Counted from the stretch's first letter, positions 1 through 13,001 are shown. The stretch: 64,000 bases of DNA from Octopus bimaculoides (GCF_001194135.2 NC_068993.1:2546603-2610602), one strand, 5' to 3'. Translations and numbers: made by a program. Notes: generated from the sequence alone by a model not told the origin.

Positions 1-1044
1 ACCCTCATCATCATAATTGAGACAGTGCCAGTTGGTAAAATATAAAAAAATGGCCTCTCCATTATAATTATGCCAAGTGCAATTTTAATGAATTCAAAAT
101 GTCTGTCTCACTACATGAAGTAGATTGACTCAAGTTTAACTATTTTTTATTCATGCAGATGGCATATCTGTGTAATTCTTCTCCACCATTATTTGCAGCT
201 ATACTTTTATCAATTGAAACAGTCTAAATATATAACATCGAAAGCACTTAAATGTTTCAAGTGTAAACAGCAAGAATCTAAAATAATAATCAATTAATTT
301 ACTTCGTCAAGTAAATCAGCACCACTTCTCCATAAAACATTCTTACCAATTCCAGCACCAAAACATTAACATCTATCAAAATCACTTCTAGAAAAGAATT
401 TATCCAAATTTAGAATTAATCCTCAATAACTTTGGTTGTTTACTGTGGACAATGAAAATTTCCTGCAAAAAATTTTGGATGTAATTCTTTAGGCTGTTCT
501 TTGAATTATTAAGCTTGACATAACACATTTACTTTTTCTCTTTGTTATTTCAGAGAACGCCTTTTTTTTCTATATACTTTGGAGCTATTTTTTCACTCTT
601 TTAGCTTTACATTTCCAATAAATAGGCAGTAATTAAAGTCAGAATATTTATTAAATTTTGAGGAATTATCAATGGACAAGCCTCAGGCATTGGTGCCCTT
701 GAGGGACTTAGCACTTAAAAATGTTTATCCTATTAAATAATACATGACGAAGTTAAAATTATATCATACGAATACAGCAGAAGGTAAAACTTTGAAATAT
801 ATATGTGTATGTATATGTGCGTGTATGGGTGTGTGTGTATGTGTATGTGTGTATAAATATATTTGTACATATGTATATATGCCTATATGTATGTATGCAA
901 TTAATAATTTTTCTTAATTTAATGTCTTGAGTAACACATAAATACACATGTCTATGCATTCTATATATCTGTATATGTAGGCATGTGTGTGTGTATATAT
1001 ATATATCTGTAGATATATATATTTATATACATACATACACATAC

Positions 1045-1078
<34 letters not shown>

Positions 1079-1810
1079 NNNNNNNNNNNNNNNNNNNNNN
1101 NNNNNNNNNNNNNNNNNNNNNNNNNNNNNNNNNNNNNNNNNNNNNNNNNNNNNNNNNNNNNNNNNNNNNNNNNNNNNNNNNNNNNNNNNNNNNNNNNNNN
1201 NNNNNNNNNNNNNNNNNNNNNNNNNNNNNNNNNNNNNNNNNNNNNNNNNNNNNNNNNNNNNNNNNNNNNNNNNNNNNNNNNNNNNNNNNNNNNNNNNNNN
1301 NNNNNNNNNNNNNNNNNNNNNNNNNNNNNNNNNNNNNNNNNNNNNNNNNNNNNNNNNNNNNNNNNNNNNNNNNNNNNNNNNNNNNNNNNNNNNNNNNNNN
1401 NNNNNNNTATATAAGAGCACGTGGTGGGGTTTAATGTCAGCATGTATGTACATGTGTATATTTCCACATGAACACGTATGCCTTCATTTCATTGTGTTGA
1501 CACTTTAGTCAGGAACATGTCTCCAGGAAAATATCATCCTCAACTAACGAACGGAAGAGAACGACTGGAGATGTAGTTATCATAGATATTACTTCTAGAT
1601 TATCTCCCCCTCCCTCGTTCACATGTCCAGAGACACGCATAAACACGTACCATGCACCACACAAACACACAAACACACACACACAGACAATTTCAATGTG
1701 ACTTTAAAATTTATTAATATTTCTCTCTTTCACCACAATTGAATAGTTTTGTGCAGCGAATGTTTGTGGTTTTTTTAACCTTCACAAAGCACTTCTATTA
1801 ATATATCCGT

Positions 1811-1983
1811 GTGTCAGGATTGTGGACATGCTGGGCATATTGTTTAGAGGCATATCATCATCTTCATGCTATGGGTTCAAATTCCGGCAAGGGTGATTTT
1901 GCTTTTCATCCTTTCGATGTCGATAAAATAAGTACCACTTGAGCACTGGTATCGATGTAATTGATTTATCACCTATCCTGAAC
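1811..1983 (+). mobile_element. tRNA-type SINE, window family B, decayed
   Basis: B-box-like GGTTCAAATTCC followed by TTTGCTTTTCATCCTTTCGATGTCGATAAAATAAGTACCA; the same body recurs at 7846-8062, 31605-31815 and 51355-51508. Confidence 0.75.
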
Positions 1984-2001
1984 ACAAACACAGACACCCA
2001 A

Positions 2002-2056
<55 letters not shown>

Positions 2057-2071
2057 CATAATGCTGGCCAA

Positions 2072-2129
2072 CCAATGCCAGCATGGAAAACGGATGTCAC
2101 ATGATGCTAATGCTGATGATGGTGATGAT
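2072..2129 (+). mobile_element. Retroposon 3' tail (family C), short remnant
   Basis: TGCCAGCATGGAAAACGGATGT followed by a (GAT)-like tail; same tail at 4198-4410 and 24295-24478. Confidence 0.6.
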
Positions 2130-3858
2130 ACTTATCTATGCCTCTTGCATACTGCATACACACATGCATGCATACTGCATGCACACATACATAGACAAGT
2201 ACATATGTACGTGTGTGTATGAGTGCATGCTATGTTTAATTTTATGCACACATATCTAAATAAATATATAATTAATTTGAGTAAAAATATTTTTTCTTCA
2301 AATTCAAACTTTTGTCTAAATAAATCCAATACAGACAAATTCGTATGAAATCTTTCAAAATAAATATAAATGAAATACAATAATATATAAAATACATACA
2401 TATATANNNNNNNNNNNNNNNNNNNNNNNNNNNNNNNNNNNNNNNNNNNNNNNNNNNNNNNNNNNNNNNNNNNNNNNNNNNNNNNNNNNNNNNNNNNNNN
2501 NNNNNNNNNNNNNNNNNNNNNNNNNNNNNNNNNNNNNNNNNNNNNNNNNNNNNNNNNNNNNNNNNNNNNNNNNNNNNNNNNNNNNNNNNNNNNNNNNNNN
2601 NNNNNNNNNNNNNNNNNNNNNNNNNNNNNNNNNNNNNNNNNNNNNNNNNNNNNNNNNNNNNNNNNNNNNNNNNNNNNNNNNNNNNNNNNNNNNNNNNNNN
2701 NNNNNNNNNNNNNNNNNNNNNNNNNNNNNNNNNNNNNNNNNNNNNNNNNNNNNNNNNNNNNNNNNNNNNNNNNNNNNNNNNNNNNNNNNNNNNNNNNNNN
2801 NNNNNNNNNNNNNNNNNNNNNNNNNNNNNNNNNNNNNNNNNNNNNNNNNNNNNNNNNNNNNNNNNNNNNNNNNNNNNNNNNNNNNNNNNNNNNNNNNNNN
2901 NNNNNNNNNNNNNNNNNNNNNNNNNNNNNNNNNNNNNNNNNNNNNNNNNNNNNNNNNNNNNNNNNNNNNNNNNNNNNNNNNNNNNNNNNNNNNNNNNNNN
3001 NNNNNNNNNNNNNNNNNNNNNNNNNNNNNNNNNNNNNNNNNTGGAATCAAATTCTAATTGAAATTCTGGTTTAAAATTTAAGAAGAAAAGGTAAGACTTT
3101 GAATTTGAGAGAAATCTGTTAGAAACAGTTTGAAATGAAAATAAAAATAAATGACAATAATAAAATAAATACAATTCATATGTTGAGTATATGTGTAATA
3201 AACTAATATAAACAATAATGGAATATAATTATTAGATGAAATATATTGTTGCTCTCGCAAATAATAGTTTGTTCTTCGAAGCAAGAACAAAAAGCACATT
3301 TGTCGGAATTATTAAGTAAAAGACAATAAGAGTAACAGATTAAGACTACATTTAAATGTATTTCATGAATTCTGCTTTGCAAAGAGAGCAAAGCAAACCA
3401 ATATAAATACACAACACTGAGAAGATTTTCAGAAATTGTTTTGGCACTGTTGCAGTAAGAATTAGATATAAAGAAAAACAATGAACAAGACAATTTTGAT
3501 CTTTATACAATATGTTTATTATACTGATAAATACAATTTGAAAATGGGATTTAAATATGATAAATACATAGCAAAAAGCAATAAAAAAAGACATGCTGTA
3601 AAAGACAATATAAACAACTTTGAAGGAAATTGTGTATTTTAATTTTATTTATTTGTTTATTCAGTTATTTATTAGTTTGTATCAAATACATGGGCTGTTT
3701 ACGAAGTTAATTAATTAGTTATCTGCTTTCCACATTTTATTTTTCTTTTCTCTTTAGACTGACCACAAATAATGTTTTTTCTGTCACTCAAGGAAATTAT
3801 GTTACTTAAATTGTGATTCTTCTTCTTGTCAAATACCATGGGCATGGAGAAGCTTCCC

Positions 3859-3907
<49 letters not shown>

Positions 3908-4197
3908 ACCCCACAACACCCACCCACCACAGCTCTTTGTCCTCCCATTGAATTCTGCAAGGTCTTTCCCACTGCAAGTGTTGGATGGAAGACAAAGCAA
4001 TTAATGTTCCATACAGTGGGTTGCTTTTCCACATTTGGCACCAGCTGAGCCAGTTCTACAACCAAAGCTGGGGGAAAAAACATTACAATAAATTCGATTT
4101 TACTCCCCCTTTAAAAACCACCCTCTTTTCTGAAACAACCCCACCCAGCTGAGTGGGTTTTACTGTTTGTTTCATGAGTGAGGTACTTAGGGACCTC

Positions 4198-4410
4198 ACT
4201 CATGTTGGTACCATGAAAAAGCATGCAGTGCACTCTTCAAAGTAGTTGGTGTTAGGAAGGGCACCTGCCATAGAAACCATGCCAAAGCAGACACTGGATC
4301 CTGGTACAATCCTTTGTCTTGTCAGATCCTGTCAAACTTTCCATGCTATGCCAGCATGGAAGACAGAATTCAAATATGACAGATGGCAATGATGATGATG
4401 ATGATGATAT
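4198..4410 (+). mobile_element. Retroposon family C (SINE or LINE 3' end with (GAT)n tail)
   Basis: GTTGGTGTTAGGAAGGGCA...TAGAAACCATGCCAAA...ATGCCAGCATGGAA...(GAT)n; matching blocks at 21745-21860 and 24295-24478. Confidence 0.7.
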
Positions 4411-4874
4411 GATGACAATGATGGTGCTGATGAGGATGACAATGATGATGATCTTCCTTAGTTTTCAAAAAATTAAAATGAGGTTTTCTGTTTTTATATA
4501 AGACCTCAGTGGTGAGAGAGTAACTCTGATGATATCCACATGAGATGCTACAGAAGTGAGACTGATGCAGTTGACTACCATTTGTTTCATATATTGTTAG
4601 ATCAAGGGTATGTGAATGAGAAATGTGGATGAGGAAAGAATTCTTAATCGTTGCAGTTCTGAGTAAAGTCTGCTCATTTTCAAAAAAAAAAAAAAAACAT
4701 GCTTCACCAGTCACATTTCCTTTCTCAGTCTTTGTCTTTATCACAGCCTCATCCCCAAAGGTTTCTGCCTCCATTTACAGTGGTGGGGCATCGTTCAAAA
4801 GCTAAAACTTTGCAAAACATATTGTAACCAGCAATACTTATCAGCCATCCAATAGTCTGGTCAATCATATGATA

Positions 4875-4947
<73 letters not shown>

Positions 4948-5920
4948 TATATAAGACCATTATTTAAAATAATGATCATATCAAGTGGCCAGTATAGAAA
5001 AAAAATGTATAGGTAATAATTACTATATATATATAATTATATAAATATAATTATAATTAAGGGTACTGGGGAGGTACTACCATGCTAGCTAGATATAGCA
5101 GTCAAAACTGACTCTAAAACTACATCATGTATTCATATAACATAAATGGAACGATAACTGAACAAGGAATTATATATATGCCTGCATTAAGATTTACGTG
5201 GTTGGTGAGCTGTGGAAACTAGTGTAATTTGGAGTGGGAATTGATAAGGAAAATGAGAAATTAATTAGGATCTGACAAATAATTTGATAATTCACTATCC
5301 TGAGACTGAACTCCTCTGGTATGTGAAGAGAATTAGAGATGGTTTAGAAACATTTTGACTCCGTTGTATGTTTCCATAATAACTTTGATTTCAGTTTTCA
5401 GAGAACTTATAAAATTATGACTTTGGGAATATTTAACAATCTTTTCTGAAGACTTTGTATTCAAATTGATTTTTAATTTTATATTTCAACCTCACTTGTT
5501 ATGAAGTCTTATGATGACAAGCAAACTTTTCTCAACTTTCATTTTCCTAGAAAACGTTTATATTTTGTTGCTTCATTGTTTTGTATTCAGTTGAAATAGT
5601 TTGCATAAAATGAAAACAAAATTATATAAATATAAAGCATTTGGAGTGATTTTATAAATATTTTACAAATATTTAGATTTCTGCAAATTATTTTACACAC
5701 ATATAAATTTATCAATTTGTCAACACAGAACGTTTGATAACGTAAAAAATGAAAACCAATAAAATAGATTTAATGAATAATTAAATAGGTCATAGATCAT
5801 TTTGGTTAAAGTTGTCAAAGTAAGGAATCTGGCTGAAAGGAACCGTGTGCTTTTTTTTAAAGAAAAACATAATGTATAAAATGAAAAAAAATCTACTATG
5901 CACATCTTGGCACTTTAGAT

Positions 5921-6420
5921 CATGTCATAAAAATTGAGATCACATCATAACAATTTAAACTACATCATAACAATTTAGTCTTCAATAATAACAATTTAGA
6001 ACTGATCATAGCAATTTAGATTTGATCATAAAAATTTAGATCTCATCATAGCATTCTATACAACATCATAAGAATTTAAATCAATCATAACAATGTAGAT
6101 CTCATTATAATAATTTAGATTTCATGGTAAATTAGACACCATACTAACAGCAGAGTAAGCATCATAACAATTAAGACATAATAATAATTGAGAATTCCAT
6201 AATAATTATTTAGACATCATAAAAATTTTAAGTGCATTTTAGACATCAATAATAGAAATTTAGGACTGATCATAAAAACTGAGGTCTAAAAATTTAACTT
6301 ACAACTTGTCGCAATATTTGAGACATTATAACAATTTAGAGCAAATCTTAACAATTTAGAGAGCATAATAAAAATTTGGATCTAATCATATTTGGCAACA
6401 TCAAAACAATTTAGATCTTT
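5921..6420. repeat. Degenerate ~20-bp minisatellite, consensus ~CATCATAACAATTTAGATCT
   Basis: About ten consecutive units in near-exact 20-bp register at 5921-6120, then irregular units to ~6420. Confidence 0.9.
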
Positions 6421-6504
6421 TATTTTTCATCACCTCCAAGCATTCCTTGAACTGCAATGAAACCTTATATGTATAAAAAGGCAGAGAAAATACAGCAGAT
6501 GTTG

Positions 6505-6690
6505 CATAGAACCAGATCAAACCAGATCAAACAGACCTAATTATTAATATTCCAGTTATGACCATTCAGTTCTTTTCTCTTCAGAAATAATAACCTAAGG
6601 CTACATTATCCAATATGCTCCATATATTCTTTTTTATAAGTAGGTTGAACATTGATTAAGATTGAGCTGTCGTTTCTAGCTGGTTGTCTT
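6505..6690 (+). repeat. Dispersed repeat family D, copy 1
   Basis: Shares an ATTCCAGCCATGACCATCC-like block and a TTTGGCTGCTATTTCTAGC-like block with 6748-6965, 32657-32795 and 55548-55735. Confidence 0.55.
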
Positions 6691-6747
6691 ATGATATAGA
6701 GGCTCCCCTTCATTGAGATAAGGTAGTTTTTGTTTTTGTTGTTGTTT

Positions 6748-6965
6748 AGCTCCCTGTCAAATCTATTTCAGTAGATACAGACCTACGAACAAGGGCTCAC
6801 GATCAAACCTTCAACAACTATGAACAAAAGCACTCAAACTGTAATCATGGAGGCTTGTGAACAAGGCCACTCCAGCTGTGACCATCCAGACCATTTTCTT
6901 GTAAAATTCCACAAACCTTTTCTTAGCACCTCTGAGTGAGGTTTGGCTATTATTTCTAGCAGAGC
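6748..6965 (+). repeat. Dispersed repeat family D, copy 2
   Basis: CTCCAGCTGTGACCATCC at ~6870 and GTTTGGCTATTATTTCTAGCAG at ~6941. Confidence 0.55.
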
Positions 6966-7304
6966 CCCCTTCCACAGTTGTTAAACTCTACTGTTTGATA
7001 GGTAGATATATAAACATGTGAGCACTCAGACAAACAGACAGACAGACAAGCAAGCACTCCTATGTTTTCATCTTCTGTACAATTTAACTTATATTTCTGA
7101 ATACATATTGAATTTGGTGAAAATCTAATGGAACATGGGTATTTTAATTGATTGAAAAACTGCAGCTTGTTTTATTCTGGGAATTTACACTCCAGCTAAT
7201 TTGATTTCCATTTTTAACAGCTCGCGCCAAATTTTGTTGTTATCTACTTCGAATAACTAATGCATCAACATCAACATTCCCCATGGAAATTTTCAAATAA
7301 TAAT

Positions 7305-7492
7305 TATCATCATCATCATCATCATCATCACTATCGCCGCCATCATTATCAACATCATCATCATTATCATTGTCGAGGTCATCATCATCATCATTATCAT
7401 CTTCATCATCATCATCGATGTCGTTGTTGTTATCATCATCATCATCATCACCAGTAACAGCAGTAATGTTGTCATTATCATCGTCATCATCG

Positions 7493-7531
<39 letters not shown>

Positions 7532-7535
7532 CTGT
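7305..7535. repeat. Imperfect (CAT)n trinucleotide array
   Basis: Direct inspection; source of spurious poly-H/poly-M/poly-S ORFs. Confidence 0.95.
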
Positions 7536-7611
7536 CATCTGTATTACCAGTAATATCATTTTCAGTGTTAATATTATTCTCATTATTAGTTTCTCTGGTT
7601 TTATATTGTGT

Positions 7612-7751
7612 TCAAATCTCACTGAGGTTGACTGTACCCTTCATCCTTTTTGAGGTCAACAAAATAAGTACCAGTTGAATACTGGTGGTTCATGACATCA
7701 AATCGACTCTATTCTCCAAATTTCAGGCTTTGTGCCTATGGTAGAAAGAAT

Positions 7752-7752
<1 letters not shown>
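7612..7752 (+). mobile_element. SINE family B, 3' part
   Basis: GAGGTTGAC...TTCATCCTTTTTGAGGTCAACAAAATAAGTACCAGTTG...TTTCAGGCTTTGTGCCTATGGTAGAAAG, followed by (TAC)n. Confidence 0.75.
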
Positions 7753-7822
<70 letters not shown>

Positions 7823-7845
7823 TAATAATTATTATTATTATTATT

Positions 7846-8062
7846 AAGGCTGCAAGCTGGGAGAATCATTAGCACAATGGGCGAAATGATTAGCAGTATT
7901 TCATCTGTCTTTACATTCTGGGTTCAAATTCCGCAGAGGTCGACTTTGCCTTTCATCCTTTAAGAGTCGATAAATTAAGTACCAGTTGCATACTGGTTTG
8001 AGCTAATCGACTGGATCCCCTACCCCAAAATTTCAGGCCTTGTGCCTAGAGTAGAAAGGATT
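7846..8062 (+). mobile_element. SINE family B, full-length copy
   Basis: A-box-like TGGGAGAATCATTAG, B-box GGTTCAAATTCC (7921-7932), central GTCGACTTTGCCTTTCATCC...GTCGATAAATTAAGTACCAG, tail GGCCTTGTGCCTAGAGTAGAAAG. Confidence 0.9.
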
Positions 8063-8215
8063 AGACAGAATCACTAGAGATCCAGGAAAAACGTTTTGTG
8101 CAATTTATTACATCTCTTTATGTTGTGAGTTCAAATCCAAGTAAGGTCAGCTGAACTTTTCATCAATGAAATAAAATACCAGTTAAATACTTGGGTGAAT
8201 GGCATCAATTAACCT
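8063..8215 (+). mobile_element. SINE family B, heavily decayed copy
   Basis: GAGTTCAAATCC B-box and AAAATACCAGTTAAATACT body immediately after the intact copy. Confidence 0.55.
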
Positions 8216-8312
8216 CACTGACTAAAAGCTACAATCTCTCTACTTTAATAAAAAAAAATCATTATTGACAGTATTACTTTTTATCATTATTGCTACTGTT
8301 GTTGATATTGTT

Positions 8313-8344
<32 letters not shown>

Positions 8345-8428
8345 TGTCATCACCACTATTATTATTTTTATTACATATGATTATTATTAAAATTATTTAT
8401 ATTATTTTATTATCATTATTATTATTAC

Positions 8429-8473
<45 letters not shown>

Positions 8474-8651
8474 CATTATTATTAGCGTTACTACTGTTGC
8501 TGTTGTTGTTGTTGTTATGGTAATCAACAGAGACATCGTCTTCTGAGTCAAGGTGGCTGTTAATATATTTGGTTATTAGCATTGCAATTTTTATAATTAC
8601 ACACATATGACACAGAAACACACTTATACATGCACACAACAGACAGCAACG

Positions 8652-8686
<35 letters not shown>

Positions 8687-9289
8687 ACACACACACACTC
8701 ACACATGTATTTGGGCATATACACAGACACACTGTTCATTTCTAAGCAACAGAAACTGTTTAAATTATCTGAAGAATTATTCAAAGAAACTATAAGCTGA
8801 GAAAGAATGACAGAGAAATTAAAGAGCAACCAGGGAAAACCAGTGACAATCTAATCAAACATGCATATCTCTCTGTGCATCATTTGCTCTACTGAATCCA
8901 TTTCACAACAAACAATACCACCAGCTTTATTTATTTATTTATTTACTTATTTATTCATTTATTTTGTTGTTTACTGTTTTTTATTACTTTCATTGTTTTG
9001 CTTCATTTTCTTTAATAATATAATGCTTTTTGGAATGGATGTCAACAGACTTTCAAGGTTTATGTTTGTATGTATATGTGTAGAAATATGTGTGTGTGTG
9101 CGTGTGCGTGTGTGTGTGTATGTGTGTGTGAATATATACATATATATATATATGTAAAACATGGTACATGTTCTTATTTTTCATTCCCTTTGAAATTGCT
9201 CTTAACTGTGGTTTGGACTTTTTGACTGTTCTTTCTAGTATGTAAGGCAACCTGTTAAGGCTCACCTCTTTGTGTTTAAATGTACACTA

Positions 9290-9346
<57 letters not shown>

Positions 9347-9350
9347 TATA

Positions 9351-9515
9351 GTGAGAATTTATGAAAAAAACAAAAGATGAAGACGGATGTGTAAACAACA
9401 AACAAATGTATTAGTTTAATGTTTGGGCAATGAGAAAGTCTTTTACGTTTTGAGCCTACGCTCTTCGACAGAAAGAAACACCGAAATAAGCAGAGAGAGA
9501 AAATAAAGAAGGTTT
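9351..9515 (-). mobile_element. Short Penelope-like/retrozyme-like repeat carrying a hammerhead-like motif
   Basis: Same family as 35548-35634 (AAAACAAAAGA-GAAGAC...AACAAACA-ATGTA...GAAA-AGTC); contains GAGC-GTAG-GCTC hairpin flanked by hammerhead core-like nucleotides; 3' end abuts a (TA)n array. Confidence 0.6.
9439..9476 (-). ncRNA. Minimal type-I hammerhead-ribozyme-like motif (degenerate core)
   Basis: Minus strand UCUUU-CUGUCGA-A-GAGC(GUAG)GCUC-AAAA-CGU-A-AAAGA: 5-bp stem I, 4-bp stem II, palindromic ACGU stem III; deviates from CUGANGA/GAAA at A6 and G12. Confidence 0.5.
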
Positions 9516-9536
9516 AGTGGTTAGTGATCTATCATG

Positions 9537-9586
<50 letters not shown>

Positions 9587-9811
9587 TATATACATATATA
9601 CATATACACACACTACATATATGTGTGTGGATGTATTTGCGTGTGACTAGAAATATATTTCAACTAAGACATGTCTGTACGACTAAGAAGTTCACATTGC
9701 AACATTATGGTTTCAGGTAGAAAGCCACTGCATGTCTCCTGTGAGGATGTCTTCTGTTTTTGCTCAGGGGCAACTCTAAATTCTTAGTGAATTTGGTAAA
9801 TGAAAATTGCA

Positions 9812-9880
9812 TTGAATTGTGGTTAAGAAGCTTGCTTCCAGACAATGTGGTTTTAGCTCCGCCCCACTCTGCAACACCCC
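9812..9880 (+). mobile_element. SINE family A, truncated head
   Basis: TGTGGTTAAGAAGCTTGCTTCC...GCCCCACTCTGC matches head of copies at 10510 and 52950. Confidence 0.6.
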
Positions 9881-9940
9881 ATGTATATATACAATATTGT
9901 AATACTTGTTCCAATGCTAACTTATTATCGCCTTTTATTC

Positions 9941-10296
9941 TTTTGCTTGTTTTAATCATTTGATTGTGGCCATGCTGGAGCACTGCCTTTAGTTGAACAA
10001 ATCCACTCCAGGATTTATTCTTTGTGAGCCTAGTACTTGTTCTATCAGTCTCTTTTGCCGAACCATTAGATTACGGGGATGTAAACACACCAGCATCGGT
10101 TGTCAAGTGATGGTGGGGGAAAAACACAGACACACACGCATACGATGAGCTTCTTTCAGTTTCTGTCTACCAAATCTACTCACAAGGCTTTGGTCAGGAT
10201 TATGCTATAGTAGAAGACACTTGCCCAAGGTGCCATGCAGTGGGACTGAACCTAAAACCGTGTGGTTGGGAAGCAAGCTACTTACCACACAGCCAC
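9941..10296 (-). mobile_element. tRNA-type SINE family A (CORE-like CCTTGGGCAAG block), full length
   Basis: Reverse complement reads GGCTGTGTGGTAAG (A box)...GGTTCAGTCCC (B box)...GGCACCTTGGGCAAGTGTCTTCTACTATAGC...GTGCTCCAGCATGGCCACAATCAAATGA. Confidence 0.9.
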
Positions 10297-10509
10297 TGTT
10301 GCACAACCAATTTAAATTAAAGTAAAGGGTTACACAAAAACTTTTTGTGGAATACACTTTAATTAAACTTTTACAAGAAGAGGAGTGAGAATGACTTCGA
10401 AGTTTTGGCATGCTAACTTTTGTTAGAGAATTCAATGAAGACTAGCATGCTGAAACTTCAAAGTTACTGTCATGTGTCTTCTTGTAAAAGTTTAGTAGAT
10501 ATATAGACA

Positions 10510-10832
10510 CAGGAGTGGCTGTGTGGTAAGAAGCTTGTTTCCCAACCACATGGTTCTGGGTTCAGTCCCACTGCATGGCACTTTGGGCAAGTGCCTTTTA
10601 TTATAGCCTTGGACTAATCAAAACCTTGTGAGCAGATTTGGTAGATGGAAACCAAAAGAAGCCCTCTTATATGTGTGTTGTTGTGTTTATGTCCCCAGTT
10701 TGGCAAGAGCAATCATTAGGGTGAGTACCAGGCTTTAAAAAATATGTACTAGAGTTGATTCTTTTGACTAAAATTCTTCAAGGCGATACCCCAGCATGGC
10801 CATAGTTTCATGATGGAAAAAAAGTAAAAAGG
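10510..10832 (+). mobile_element. SINE family A, near full length
   Basis: GGCTGTGTGGTAAGAAGCTTG...GGGTTCAGTCCCACTGCATGGCACTTTGGGCAAG...CCCCAGCATGGCC. Confidence 0.9.
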
Positions 10833-11156
10833 TACAAAAAGTATTCCATGTATTGGGAAAGTTTCAGACATTTTTGGCATACTGGAATATCAGAACATCA
10901 GCCAGCCAGTATCCTTTATACCTTTCGTTTACTTGGCTCCTTCAAGCCAATATATTTTTGAAGCAAAATAAAATAAGGAATGATCAATACAGTTATACTT
11001 AAATCATATCTGTCGATTATGTTTCCATAAAAAGCAGTCTTCATCTGGTGGAGTTTAATGCTGTTGTTGGAATCTTAATATTCACAATGTTTGTTTAACA
11101 GAATTTCACCATACTCCAATATTATTTACTTATATATTATTGTTAGTAGAGTGTCG

Positions 11157-11188
<32 letters not shown>

Positions 11189-12573
11189 GAATCACACTTG
11201 CACACACACACACACAATACGCACATCTCCATCTTTCCTGTAGAAATAACACGACTGTTTTGTTATTGAACTAGCTGCAACATAAACCAAAGGATATTTT
11301 ATCAATATTTTTCCTGTATTTATTCCATTAAAACAAATCGTTTTCAATAGCAACCATTTATCTTTTACTTGTCTTATAGAAAAGAATCATTCTTTTCTTT
11401 TGTTGTTGTTGATATTGTTTCTTATTGTGGTTATTGTTGTTGTTGTGGTTATTCCTGTTCTTATTGTTCTTTTACACTTTTCTTTGTTATTGCTGATTTG
11501 CTTTACTTTACAATATATATATATTTTCTTTTTCATATTTCATTGTTGTTTTGTTGTATTATTGTTTTCTGTATTTTTTTTTTTTTACATTTTTTTCCTT
11601 ATTTTCATTTCTCACTAAACTAAATATAAATCTTAACTGAATTTCACATTCTAAATGTCATTTTGATTGCCAACAGGAACCCTGAAGAGTTTCAAATATC
11701 TTCTACACCCTCCTTCCTTCTTTCACTCCATCACTCTCTTTCTCTCTGTTTCTGTCTGTCTGCCTCTCTTTCTCAATCTCTCTCAGCTAATTTAATACAC
11801 ACACACACACACACATCTATGTGAAATATATGTATGCATATAATTATATATATGCATGCACGCACACGCACACACCCACATGCATATCTGTATATGTGTA
11901 TGTGTGTATACATGTGTTTAAGTATGTATAATATATGTATGCATAATACATTATGTTCATATTGTAAATATGTATGTATATGCAGTTATATATACGTATA
12001 CATACATGCATATAAGTATATATATATATATATATGCATATATATATACATATACAGGTATATATATATATATATATATATTTGAATATATATATAAGTA
12101 TATATATNNNNNNNNNNNNNNNNNNNNNNNNNNNNNNNNNNNNNNNNNNNNNNNNNNNNNNNNNNNNNNNNNNNNNNNNNNNNNNNNNNNNNNNNNNNNN
12201 NNNNNNNNNNNNNNNNNNNNNNNNNNNNNNNNNNNNNNNNNNNNNNNNNNNNNNNNNNNNNNNNNNNNNNNNNNNNNNNNNNNNNNNNNNNNNNNNNNNN
12301 NNNNNNNNNNNNNNNNNNNNNNNNNNNNNNNNNNNNNNNNNNNNNNNNNNNNNNNNNNNNNNNNNNNNNNNNNNNNNNNNNNNNNNNNNNNNNNNNNNNN
12401 NNNNNNNNNNNNNNNNNNNNNNNNNNNNNNNNNNNNNNNNNNNNNNNNNNNNNNNNNNNNNNNNNNNNNNNNNNNNNNNNNNNNNNNNNNNNNNNNNNNN
12501 NNNNNNNNNNNNNNNNNNNNNNNNNNNNNNNNNNNNNNNNNNNNNNNNNNNNNNNNNNNNNNNNNNNNNNNNN

Positions 12574-12627
<54 letters not shown>

Positions 12628-12669
12628 ACACACGCACTCACACATGTATATGCATCTGACTATAACCCT

Positions 12670-12713
<44 letters not shown>

Positions 12714-12912
12714 TTCTCCATCTTTTTCATTTATCTATTTCTTAACGACTGTCTGACTTTAGTGTACTAATAAAATAAAAATCTTCGAAATAGATTACTA
12801 ACTTGACAAAAACACCACCACCACCACCACCACCACCATTGACTAGCATCGCTAGCGTCACTAACAGCATCACCAGCATCATCGACAAAAAGAAGTAAAA
12901 CAACAACAGCAG

Positions 12913-13001
<89 letters not shown>

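Noticed and set aside
130-500. Coding-like minus-strand stretch (e.g. CFGAGIGKNVLWRSGADLLDEV) and a 41-nt splice-bounded segment at 347-387
   Set aside because: Multiple stops and no motif I can assign; could be an old transposase relic but is unsupported.
4370-4774. 134-aa minus-strand ORF
   Set aside because: Crosses a poly-A run, a retroposon tail and a (GAT)n array; no domain recognised.
5921-6420. Regularly spaced repeat considered as a CRISPR-like array
   Set aside because: Units are contiguous and degenerate with no unique spacers, the context is eukaryotic, and there are no cas genes.
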